Source: Vicinamibacteria bacterium (GTDB taxonomy: Bacteria; Acidobacteriota; Vicinamibacteria; Marinacidobacterales; Marinacidobacteraceae). Taken from it: a DNA stretch of 64,000 nt. The first letter of the stretch is position 1, and each line of letters starts with the position of its first letter. Both the position numbers and the translations under genes were made by a program. Positions 16,662-25,074 of this stretch are shown here, piece after piece. A model generated the notes under the pieces. That model made no database searches. It was given only the letters and a program-made list of their open reading frames with translations, and was not told where the DNA came from. The stretch lies in the NCBI GenBank assembly GCA_963668695.2, contig CAXXLQ010000004.1, positions 3,008,001 to 3,072,000 of the forward strand, written 5' to 3'.

Positions 16662-16801
16662 GGCGGGATGCATCGCCGGCCGTTTCCGGAGCGGGGCGCA
16701 AGCACCGCGTAGACCCCGGAGCGGAAAGGACGGGGGGCGGGACCACCCGACCCCCATCCCTTCTTGGCTCGGGAACGCCGCCGGGGTTTCACCACCGGCG
16801 G
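16662..16801 (-). mobile_element. Partial MITE copy M5b with a different insert of about 91 bp
   Basis: GGCGGGATGCATCGCCGG and AACGCCGCCGGGGTTTCACCACCGGCGG|CTAA match the MITE left arm and are separated by unrelated hairpin DNA at 16683-16773. Confidence 0.65.
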
Positions 16802-16817
16802 CTAAACTCCGTCGCCC

Positions 16818-18239
16818 GTGATCCGCGTTCCGGTCCTCCGCTGGGGAAAGCCCTACCGCAGTCTGGAGACGACGACCGTTTCCCACTTCCTCACCGGCGA
16901 GCCGGTTGCCGAGGTGGATCAGGTCACGCCGGGAATCGTGAAGCGCGACCTGAGGCGGGCCGGAATGGCGCGTGCGGCGCTCCGGGATTTCCCGATCCGG
17001 GATCTGCTGGCCCGCGTAAAGGAGGCCGCCCGCCTCTACATGGAGGCAGAACTGCCGCTCGGCGACGCCACCCAGAGCCCGCAGGAGTTCGTCCGCTCCC
17101 AGTCGGGGACCACTGGCCTCCCGGAATCCATGTGCCGCGCCAACATGGAAAAGAACCGCTTCGTGCTCGAGCGGATGGACCAGGTACTGGACGCCCTGAC
17201 CCGCGGCCTGGACCTCGACATCCTTTCGACCGGACACGGGATGGAGGAGCGGGGCGTCCCGGTGTCCTACCAGGCGCAGACGCCGGTGCTCGCCTGCGTC
17301 CTGCCGTCCAACTCGCCGGGCGTTCACACGCTCTGGCTTCCGGTGATTCCCCTGCAGATCGGTCTCGTGCTCAAGCCGGGTCCCGAAGAGCCCTGGACCC
17401 CGTACCGGATGGCCGAGGCCTTCTTCGCCGCCGGGATTCCCCGGGAAGCGATCGCCGTCTATCCCGGTGGCGCCGAGGTAGGGGCGGCGGTGGTCGAAGC
17501 GGCGCCGCGAACGCTGATCTTCGGCAGCCGGGCGACAGTGGAGCGCTACCGGAGCAATCCGTCGGTGCGCGTCCACGGCCCCGGGTTCTCGAAGATTCTG
17601 CTCGGTGACGACTTGGTGGATCGCTGGGAAGAGCATCTGGACGTGCTCTTCGAGAGCGTTTTCCTGAACAGCGGACGCAGTTGCATCTCCTGTTCCGGCA
17701 TTTGGGCGTCCCGGCATACCGAGGCGATCGCCGCGGCGCTCGCGGAGCGGCTCGCCTCGTTCCGGCCGCGTCCTCCCGACGATCCCGAGAGCGCACTCGC
17801 CGCCTTTACGGTTCCCGGAATGGCCGAAACGATTGACCGGGACATCGAACAGCGCCTGGCTGGCGGCGGGGCCAGCGATCTCACCGCCACGCTCCGCGAC
17901 GGCCCGCGGCTCGTGCAGGAGGGACGCGCTTCCTGGCTGCTTCCCACGGTCCTGCATTGCGAGAGCCCACAAGTGCCGGCCGCGAACGTGGAATACATGT
18001 TTCCGTTCGTCTCGGTGGTCCGCTGTCCGCAGGAAGAAATGATCGGACGGATCGGAGACACCCTGGTGGCCACCGCAATCACCGACGACGTGAGTTTTCG
18101 GACGGATCTGCTGGAGACGACCTCGATCGATCGCCTGAATTTCGGACCGATCCCGACAACCCGGCTCAATTGGCTCCAGCCGCACGAGGGCAACATCGTG
18201 GATGTGCTCTACCGGGCCCGGGCATTCCAGAGCGCCTGA
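16818..18239 (+). CDS. Aldehyde dehydrogenase superfamily protein (EhpG/LuxC-like acyl reductase type)
   Basis: LPSNSP, LKPG, IFGS, HGPGFSK in place of ELGG, NSGRSC (catalytic Cys), EYMFP. Confidence 0.82.
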   Translation: MIRVPVLRWGKPYRSLETTTVSHFLTGEPVAEVDQVTPGIVKRDLRRAGMARAALRDFPIRDLLARVKEAARLYMEAELPLGDATQSPQEFVRSQSGTTGLPESMCRANMEKNRFVLERMDQVLDALTRGLDLDILSTGHGMEERGVPVSYQAQTPVLACVLPSNSPGVHTLWLPVIPLQIGLVLKPGPEEPWTPYRMAEAFFAAGIPREAIAVYPGGAEVGAAVVEAAPRTLIFGSRATVERYRSNPSVRVHGPGFSKILLGDDLVDRWEEHLDVLFESVFLNSGRSCISCSGIWASRHTEAIAAALAERLASFRPRPPDDPESALAAFTVPGMAETIDRDIEQRLAGGGASDLTATLRDGPRLVQEGRASWLLPTVLHCESPQVPAANVEYMFPFVSVVRCPQEEMIGRIGDTLVATAITDDVSFRTDLLETTSIDRLNFGPIPTTRLNWLQPHEGNIVDVLYRARAFQSA

Positions 18240-18244
18240 GAGGC

Positions 18245-18949
18245 GTGGATACGAGCGAAGGACGCGCGGGGTCCGTGACCGGGGGCCTCCAGGTATCGGG
18301 GCTCGTCAAGGACTATCCGGCGCCTTCCGGGCTGCTGCGCGTGCTGGACGGAGTGGATCTGGAGCTGCGGCCCGGCGAAGCCGCCTCGGTGATGGGCGCC
18401 TCGGGCTGCGGCAAGAGCACCCTCCTCTTCGTGCTCGGCGCGATCGAGGCCCCCTCCGCCGGAGAAGTTCGGCTCGACGGAGTGGATCCCCACGAACTCG
18501 ACCCGGACGACCAGGCCGGCTTCCGGCGGGACCAGGTGGGTTTCGTGTTCCAGGATCACTGCCTCCTGCCGCAGTGCACGGCGCTCGAGAACGTGCTGGC
18601 GCCGACCCTTCCGGATCCGCGTCCGAACGACGCCGAGCGCGCCGCCGCCCTGCTCGACCGGGTGGGGCTGTCCGGCCGGCTGCGACACCTCCCGGCGGAG
18701 CTTTCCGGCGGCGAGAAACAGCGGGTGGCGATCGCCCGTGCCCTCGTGCGGGCGCCCCGTCTCCTGCTGTGCGACGAGCCGACCGGCAACCTGGACGGGG
18801 AATCTGCCGACGAGGTGGCGGCCCTGCTCCTGGAGGCGAGTGCGCTCGACGAGGGCCGGATCGTCGTCCTGGTCACTCACGACGCGGAGCTGGGAGGGCG
18901 TTTCCCGAAGCGTTTCCGGATGAGCCGGGGGCGCCTCACCGGCATTTAG
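18245..18949 (+). CDS. ABC transporter ATP-binding protein (LolD/MacB-like)
   Basis: [44 protein letters not shown]; start is GTG 18245 or 18275. Confidence 0.92.
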   Translation: MDTSEGRAGSVTGGLQVSGLVKDYPAPSGLLRVLDGVDLELRPGEAASVMGASGCGKSTLLFVLGAIEAPSAGEVRLDGVDPHELDPDDQAGFRRDQVGFVFQDHCLLPQCTALENVLAPTLPDPRPNDAERAAALLDRVGLSGRLRHLPAELSGGEKQRVAIARALVRAPRLLLCDEPTGNLDGESADEVAALLLEASALDEGRIVVLVTHDAELGGRFPKRFRMSRGRLTGI

Positions 18950-19365
18950 CAGCCGGTGAACAGAGTCACGCGGCCCAGTTCTCCCGGTGGGGGCTCGGCC
19001 GGCGACGCATTCCGGCTGAAACGCTTTGCTTCGCATCGCTCATCGTTGCGCTTCGGTCGAAATACACTCGGGCCAGTTCTCCCGGTGGGGGCTCCTCCCT
19101 CGCGCGCCTTGTGAGCCGGGCGCCTCACCGGCATCGGCGCTAGCAGCCCGTGGTGAAACCCAAGCGGCGTTCGAGCGGCGATCCATCCCGCCTGAACCGC
19201 GCCGCTTTGCGGCGCTCTGCGTTGCGTTTCGGTCGAAATACACTCGGGCCAGTTCTCCCGGTGGGGGCTCCTCCCTCACGCGCCTTGTCAGCCGGGCGCC
19301 TCGCCGCTCTCGGCGCTCACCCGGGTTCCACCACAGGCTGCTAACGTCACTCTGTCCACAGACTG
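18950..19365 (+). mobile_element. MITE copy M6 (second TIR subtype; sites A and B), interrupted by M7
   Basis: TTAG|CAGCCGGTGAACAGAGTCACG...CGTCACTCTGTCCACAGACTG|CTAA; 215 bp once M7 and 4 bp are removed; 18-mers at 18975-18992 and 19073-19090. Confidence 0.85.
19144..19340 (+). mobile_element. MITE copy M7 (197 bp; site B only), nested in M6
   Basis: CTAG|CAGCCCGTGGTGAAACCC...CCACAGGCTG|CTAA; 18-mer at 19249-19266. Confidence 0.87.
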
Positions 19366-19372
19366 CTAAGCG

Positions 19373-22300
19373 ATGACCACCGGCTTCGGGGCTGCCCACC
19401 TCACGCGGCGGGGACTTCGCTACTACCGCCGCGAGCACCTGCTGGTCGCCGCCGCCACCGCGGTGGCCGTGGCCGTGCTGGTCGGCGCGCTGGTGGTGGG
19501 CGATTCGGTGCGGGGCAGCCTGAGGGCGGCGTTCACCGAACGCCTCGGCGCCACCGACTACGCGATCCTCCCGACGCACGCCTTCGCGGACGACCCGGAC
19601 TCCGGATTGGCGGCCCGGCTGGCGGCACGAGATGAGTACCGCGCGCGGTTCGAGCCGGCCGTTCCGATCTACCGGCTCGCGGGCACCGTAGTCGCCCCGG
19701 ACGGCGGGACGGTCCCCGTGACCGTGCTTGGCGTGGACGGGCGTTTCTTCGCGTTCCACGGGCTTGAAGACGTCATCGACCCGGGAACGGCGCGCATCAG
19801 TAGTGGCGTCCGGCGGCTCGGGTTCGCTCCCGGAGACGCGCTCCTCATCCAGGTCGGCGGGTACGAGGACATCGCGGCGGCGTCGCTGTTCGGAGAAAAG
19901 GAGAGCACGGGGATCATGCTCCGGCGCGACGTCGCCGGCTGGCCGGCTCCGGCGCCGGGAGTGGCGTCTGGCGACTTCGCCCTCTTCCCCGGGCAGGGGG
20001 CCACCCGGGCGGTCTTCTTGCCGCTCGACGACCTGCGCCGGTTCGTCGAGCTGGAGGGCAGGGGTCGCAGGGACGACCAGGCCCCACTCCGGGCCAACGC
20101 CCTGCTCGTTCGGAACACCGCGCGGGACGCGGCGACTGCTGGCAACGCCGCGGCGCTCGAGGACGTACTCGCCGAGGTGAGCTCTCTCGATGACCGCGGG
20201 CTGAGGCTGAGCGACGGCGCGTCGGGAGGGAGCGTTCTGGAGAGCCGGAGTCTGGTGCTGGACGACCGCGTCGTCGAGGGAGCGCTGGCGGCGGCCGGCC
20301 AACGGGGCGCCGAGGCGGCGCCGGTACTGACCTATCTGGCCACGGGTATCCGGGCAGCCGGTCGCGAAACCCCCTATTCACTCGTCAGCGGGATACCGGC
20401 GCCGCTCCTCCCCGGCGGCGACGCGCGGGAAGACGAGGAAGACGTGCTCTATCCGGGGCCGTGGCTGGCCGAGGACCTTGCGCTCCACCCGGGCGACCCG
20501 CTCGAACTTTCATTCCTCGTCTGGGAGGAGGAAGGGCGCTTCCATTCGGAATCCGCATCGTTCGTGGCCGGAGCAACGGTCCCCGGCGACGGCCTCTTCC
20601 TGGATGTGACGCTTGCTCCCGAGTTTCCGGGAGTGAGCGATTCGACCCGGATGGGTGACTGGGATCCGCCCTTTCCGGTGGATTTGAGCCGGATTCGCGA
20701 GCGCGACGAGAAGTACTGGGAAGAGCACCGGACGCTCCCCAAGGCGTTCGTGCCGCTCGGCACCGCAAGGCGTCTCTGGACGATGCGCCAGGGGAGCGCC
20801 ACCTCGGTTCGATTCGGGGCCGACGTCGGTGGAGGCCCGGGAAGCGATTTGCACGAAGCACTGCTCGCCGCGTTGCCGCCCGAGGACTTCGGGCTCGTGC
20901 CGCTGCCGGTCCGCCAGCAGGGGCTCGAAGCGTCGCGGGGCGCGACGGATTTCGGCGTGTATTTCCTCTACTTTTCCTATTTCCTGTTGGTGTCGGCGTT
21001 CGTGCTGCTGGCGCTCCTGTACCGGTTGGGAGTGGAACGCCGGCTTCGGGAGATCGGCCTGCTGCTTGCGTGCGGTTGGTCCCCCCGCCGGGTTTCCCGC
21101 AGCCTGCTGTCCGAGGCCGCCGTCGTGGCGTCGGCCGGTGCGGTGGCCGGTGCGTTCGCCGGTCTTGCCTACGCCACTGGCATGATCGGCCTGCTCTCCG
21201 GAGTGTGGGAGGGCGCGGTGGCCGGGACACTCTCCACGAATACGGGAGACGGCAGTGCGGGCGCCGCGCTCGGGGTGTCGGTTCGGTGGTCCTCGATCCT
21301 CGCGGGCGCCTTTTCGGGGGTCGTGATGGCCATGGGAGCCGCCTGGTGGACACTGAGGAAGCTCGTCCGGTGTTCTCCGCGGGGACTCCTCGCCGGGAAT
21401 CCCACTGAGGACCTCGGGAGTTGGCCACTCGTCGCGCCGGCCGGTTCCCCCGGCGCGGGCTCTAGGCGCTTCGCGGTCGTTACCGGAGCCTCCGGCCTCC
21501 TGCTGCTCGGTTTGGCGGTCACCGGGACGATCCCGGAAGCGGCCGGTTTCTTCGGGGCGGGCGCGGCCCTCCTCGCGACGGCGTTCCTCGTCGCGTGGGC
21601 GCGTCTGAAGGGCCTTGCGGACCCGGCGCGCCGTGCCGCACCCACGTCCGGTTCCGGCCTCCGCGGGCTTGCGTTCCGTGCCACCACCTTCCGGCCGGGA
21701 CGCAGCCTGGCGGCGATGATCCTGATCGCCTTCGCCGCGTTCACCCTGGTGGCGGTCGAAGCGTTCCGAAAACAGCCCGATCCCGGGACCCTTCCGGCGG
21801 GGGCCGGGGGTTTCGTCTCCATTACCGAAACCGTCTTCGGTTCGCCCTGGGATCCGCGCGATCCCGAGGGCCACCAGGCGCTCAACCTGCTGCCGCCGGA
21901 TCTCTCCGGAGTCCGCATCCAGCCGCTCCGGCTCGCCGGCGACGAGGACGCGAGTTGCCTGAACCTCTATCGCCCCTCGCGGCCCCGGGTGATCGGCATC
22001 CCGCGCGCGCTCGCGGAAGAAAACCGCTTTCCGTTCGGCGCCCACCTCGGCGAGAGCCCCGAGGAAATCGAAAACCCGTGGCGCCTGCTCTGGCGAGACC
22101 GCGAGTCCGGAGAGGCGATTCCGGTCATCGGCGACCAGAACTCCATGACGTACGTGCTCAAGTGGCCGGTCGGGGAGGAACGCGCCTTTCCGATCGGGCC
22201 CGGGGGCGCCCTGGTCCGGCTCCGGCTCGTCGGCACGCTCTGGGACAGTCTCTTCCAGGGCGAGTTGCTGATGGCCGAGGAGGACCTGCTCGCGGCGCTA

Positions 22301-22861
22301 CCCGCTCCCGACGGCTATCGGCTTTTTCTCACCGAACCGGAGGAGATCCCCCGGGGCGAAGAAGCGCTTGCCGCCGCGGAAGCGTTCGCCGGCAATATGG
22401 TGACTGGCGCACTTGCCGATTACGGGGCGGTTTCGACGCCCACCCGGGCCCGCCTCGACGAGTTCCACCGGGTCGAGAACACCTATCTCTCCACCTTTCA
22501 GGCGCTCGGCGGCCTCGGGCTCCTGCTCGGCACCTTCGGCCTCGGAGCGGTGCTGCTCCGGAATGCGGACGAGCGCCGACAGGAGTGGGCCCTGCTGAGC
22601 GCCGCCGGTTACCGCCGCCGGGACTTCGCGAAGCTCGGTTTCTGGGAGAACGCCCTCCTGCTCACGGGCGGGCTCGCGGCCGGGAGCATCGCCGCCGTTA
22701 TCGCGATCCTTCCGGTGCTAGGGCAGCGGAGCGCCGGCGGGAGTCTCACCCTGCTGGCCTTGTTGCTGCTGGGCGTCCTGACCTTTGGTCTGGGGGCGGG
22801 AGCGCTCGCCGCTCGCACCGCCGCGAACCGCCCGATCCTGGAGTCGCTCCGCGCGGGCTGA
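19373..22861 (+). CDS. Large FtsX/MacB-type ABC transporter permease (duplicated)
   Basis: Two transmembrane clusters with ERRLREIGLLLACGW and ERRQEWALLSAAGY motifs and large periplasmic domains. Confidence 0.88.
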   Translation: MTTGFGAAHLTRRGLRYYRREHLLVAAATAVAVAVLVGALVVGDSVRGSLRAAFTERLGATDYAILPTHAFADDPDSGLAARLAARDEYRARFEPAVPIYRLAGTVVAPDGGTVPVTVLGVDGRFFAFHGLEDVIDPGTARISSGVRRLGFAPGDALLIQVGGYEDIAAASLFGEKESTGIMLRRDVAGWPAPAPGVASGDFALFPGQGATRAVFLPLDDLRRFVELEGRGRRDDQAPLRANALLVRNTARDAATAGNAAALEDVLAEVSSLDDRGLRLSDGASGGSVLESRSLVLDDRVVEGALAAAGQRGAEAAPVLTYLATGIRAAGRETPYSLVSGIPAPLLPGGDAREDEEDVLYPGPWLAEDLALHPGDPLELSFLVWEEEGRFHSESASFVAGATVPGDGLFLDVTLAPEFPGVSDSTRMGDWDPPFPVDLSRIRERDEKYWEEHRTLPKAFVPLGTARRLWTMRQGSATSVRFGADVGGGPGSDLHEALLAALPPEDFGLVPLPVRQQGLEASRGATDFGVYFLYFSYFLLVSAFVLLALLYRLGVERRLREIGLLLACGWSPRRVSRSLLSEAAVVASAGAVAGAFAGLAYATGMIGLLSGVWEGAVAGTLSTNTGDGSAGAALGVSVRWSSILAGAFSGVVMAMGAAWWTLRKLVRCSPRGLLAGNPTEDLGSWPLVAPAGSPGAGSRRFAVVTGASGLLLLGLAVTGTIPEAAGFFGAGAALLATAFLVAWARLKGLADPARRAAPTSGSGLRGLAFRATTFRPGRSLAAMILIAFAAFTLVAVEAFRKQPDPGTLPAGAGGFVSITETVFGSPWDPRDPEGHQALNLLPPDLSGVRIQPLRLAGDEDASCLNLYRPSRPRVIGIPRALAEENRFPFGAHLGESPEEIENPWRLLWRDRESGEAIPVIGDQNSMTYVLKWPVGEERAFPIGPGGALVRLRLVGTLWDSLFQGELLMAEEDLLAALPAPDGYRLFLTEPEEIPRGEEALAAAEAFAGNMVTGALADYGAVSTPTRARLDEFHRVENTYLSTFQALGGLGLLLGTFGLGAVLLRNADERRQEWALLSAAGYRRRDFAKLGFWENALLLTGGLAAGSIAAVIAILPVLGQRSAGGSLTLLALLLLGVLTFGLGAGALAARTAANRPILESLRAG

Positions 22862-22886
22862 TCACCACATCGGACCGCGACGCGCG

Positions 22887-22930
22887 GGGATCGCCGGCCT
22901 CTGGCCGGCATCGCCGCCCGGAGGGCGGCG
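22887..22930 (+). repeat. REP-like double hairpin R3
   Basis: GGGATC-GCCGGCC-TCT-GGCCGGC-AT-CGCCGCCC-GGA-GGGCGGCG. Confidence 0.62.
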
Positions 22931-22946
22931 GAGCCCGCTTCCCGGC

Positions 22947-23345
22947 TTACCGGCGCGCGTCGAAACGGTTCAGATGTCCAGGCCAATCGAGAATCCGGCG
23001 GTCCGCGGTCATGAGCTGATTACCCTCAAGCGCGGTTGCGACGATGATCCGGTCCGCGGGATCACCGTGCAGGTCGGACAGGAGTCCCGCTCGAATGGCG
23101 GCGCCACCGTCCATGGGAAGCTCAACGAGCCCAGATTCCAGGAGGCGAACACGCCATGCATACAGATCGAAGGGTAGGTTGAGGTGGCCCTTCTGGACGC
23201 GCATTGCCACCTCCCAAAAGGAAATGCTCGAAAGAGCCACTTCCCCCGGGGGCCAGCGCTTCTCGATGATTCGCCGGGCCTTCGGTCCGAGCCGCTGGTC
23301 GTCCATCAACAACCAGAGGATGACGTGGGTGTCGAGAAGGATCAA
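22947..23345 (-). CDS. vapC: Type II toxin, VapC/PIN domain
   Basis: TTG start overlapping the antitoxin stop; ILLDTHVILW, SSISFWE, HGDPADRIIVATA, LMTAD. Confidence 0.9.
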   Translation of the reverse strand: MILLDTHVILWLLMDDQRLGPKARRIIEKRWPPGEVALSSISFWEVAMRVQKGHLNLPFDLYAWRVRLLESGLVELPMDGGAAIRAGLLSDLHGDPADRIIVATALEGNQLMTADRRILDWPGHLNRFDARR

Positions 23346-23623
23346 AACAGATCGTCTTCGTCCTCGGCCGGCTCTTCGAACCATTCGGCGGGCATAGGGG
23401 AGACGATGTCGCCCAGAACACGAATCCGGTCTCGATCCTGACCGAACGGAGCCTTCAGTTCGCGCATGTACGGGGTGAGTCGAGAGACAGGACGCCCGTT
23501 CTTCGTGATGACGATTTCCTGGCCGGTTTCGGCCACCTCGTCCATGAGCTTCAGGCATCTGGCCTTGAACTCGGATGCCTTTATGGTTCGGGTTGCGGTC
23601 GTTTGCGGTTCATGCCGATCCAT
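23342..23623 (-). CDS. Type II antitoxin, Phd/YefM family
   Basis: IKASEFKARCLKLMDEV...EIVITKNGRPVSRL; acidic C-terminal tail. Confidence 0.9.
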   Translation of the reverse strand: MDRHEPQTTATRTIKASEFKARCLKLMDEVAETGQEIVITKNGRPVSRLTPYMRELKAPFGQDRDRIRVLGDIVSPMPAEWFEEPAEDEDDLF

Positions 23624-23639
23624 TGCAATGCTCCCGGAT

Positions 23640-23677
23640 TGTGACCACTATTCTACATGGTCATGACCATGGTCACA
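23640..23677 (-). promoter_or_regulatory. Toxin-antitoxin promoter/operator with overlapping palindromes
   Basis: CATGGTCATGACCATG (23656-23671), TGACCATGGTCA (23664-23675), outer TGTGACCA/TGGTCACA pair; minus-strand TAGAAT (-10-like) at 23650-23655. Confidence 0.65.
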
Positions 23678-23868
23678 TGGTACTCATTTCCAGCGTGGAT
23701 CGGTTGAGGCAAGCGAGCGCGTCCGGCCCGCAAGCCTGATCCCGCCTCCCGGAAACCCTTCCCGCCCCAACCTCGCCCGCATCCCCGGGTTCGAATCGGA
23801 CCTGGGGCGGCGCGTCTGAATCCACCAGCTTCCGTCGAGGATGGCGGCGCCCCGACGTCGTCCCGAGC

Positions 23869-25062
23869 TCAGCGCACGAAGATGCTCTTCGGGATGTATC
23901 CGGTGACGACCTGCGTGAGGTCCACGACCTCGCTGACGCGGAAGTCCACCGCGATGCTTGCGAGTGAGAGCGCCTTGGCGGGGGAGAGCCCCTTTTCTTC
24001 GCCCAGGAACTCCACGACCTCCCAGGTCGCCGCCCGGGTGGCCCGGTCCAGGTCGAGATCGATCCCCATGACCATGTAGAAATCATCGTCTTCCGCCCAG
24101 GGCGAAGACGGGGCGCGGCCCTTGTGGACGGCGAACCGGAAAACACCACTCAGCGACTGCTCGATCGCGGTGCCGCTCACCTCGCCGTCCCCCTGGGCCC
24201 CGTGCGGATCCCCGGCATAGAAGAGGGCTCCGGGATGAAACACCGGGAGATACAGGGTGGTCCCCGCCTTGAGATCCTTCACGTCGAGGTTGCCGCCGAA
24301 GGGTCCCGGCGGACGCGAGCCCTGAACCCCGGGAACGGTCACCCCCGGCTCTCCCACCACCGGATCCGGGGCCACCGCCAGGACGCCCATGAAGGGCGCC
24401 AGGGGGACGTGGATGTCGTCCGAGAGGAAGGCGACTTCGCGGCCGTCCACCCATCCGGTCCGGATCAGATGGCGGGTCCCGGGAGGGATCTCGAACGCGG
24501 GGTCGTCTGGGCGGGCGCCTGGATAGCTCTCGGAAAAGACCCCGCCTCGGGCGGAGGTGTTGTTGACCCCCCACGGCACCCGGGTCTCGACCGAGAGGAT
24601 CTCGATCTCGAGCATGTCTCCGGGTTCGGCACCCTCGACGTACACCGGCCCGGTGATGACGTGGCCGCTCCGGCCCTCGCGAGGGCGGCTACCGCGGGAG
24701 GCCCAGAAGTCAAGGACATCCTGGTGGATTTCCTCGCGGGGCACGCCGAGGGCGGTGAGCCAGGCCACCGGCTCCTCATCCTGAACCGCACCGTTGTGGG
24801 TGAGGGTGTCCATTCGCACGGTCTCCCCGGGCCGGACCCGGAGCACGGGTTCCTTGTCGATCGGGAACCAGCCCCAGCTCGTGTTCTCGGGCGACGACGG
24901 GACGAAATGATCGGCCTCTACCGCGGCGGGCGGACCACTCCCAACCGGGGTCGCATCCTCGCCGACCCTGTCCGTTTCGGCCTCGGGAGGGGCACATCCG
25001 GCGGCAATCACCGCCGCCAGGACCCAGCCGGGGCCCGCCCGGAGTTTTCCGTTCCTTTGCAT
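23869..25062 (-). CDS. Acetamidase/formamidase family lipoprotein
   Basis: Lipobox AAGC; HVITGPVYVEGAEPGD, GGNLD, GDPHGAQGDGEVSGTAIE. Confidence 0.9.
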   Translation of the reverse strand: MQRNGKLRAGPGWVLAAVIAAGCAPPEAETDRVGEDATPVGSGPPAAVEADHFVPSSPENTSWGWFPIDKEPVLRVRPGETVRMDTLTHNGAVQDEEPVAWLTALGVPREEIHQDVLDFWASRGSRPREGRSGHVITGPVYVEGAEPGDMLEIEILSVETRVPWGVNNTSARGGVFSESYPGARPDDPAFEIPPGTRHLIRTGWVDGREVAFLSDDIHVPLAPFMGVLAVAPDPVVGEPGVTVPGVQGSRPPGPFGGNLDVKDLKAGTTLYLPVFHPGALFYAGDPHGAQGDGEVSGTAIEQSLSGVFRFAVHKGRAPSSPWAEDDDFYMVMGIDLDLDRATRAATWEVVEFLGEEKGLSPAKALSLASIAVDFRVSEVVDLTQVVTGYIPKSIFVR

Positions 25063-25074
25063 CGGCGACGCTCC

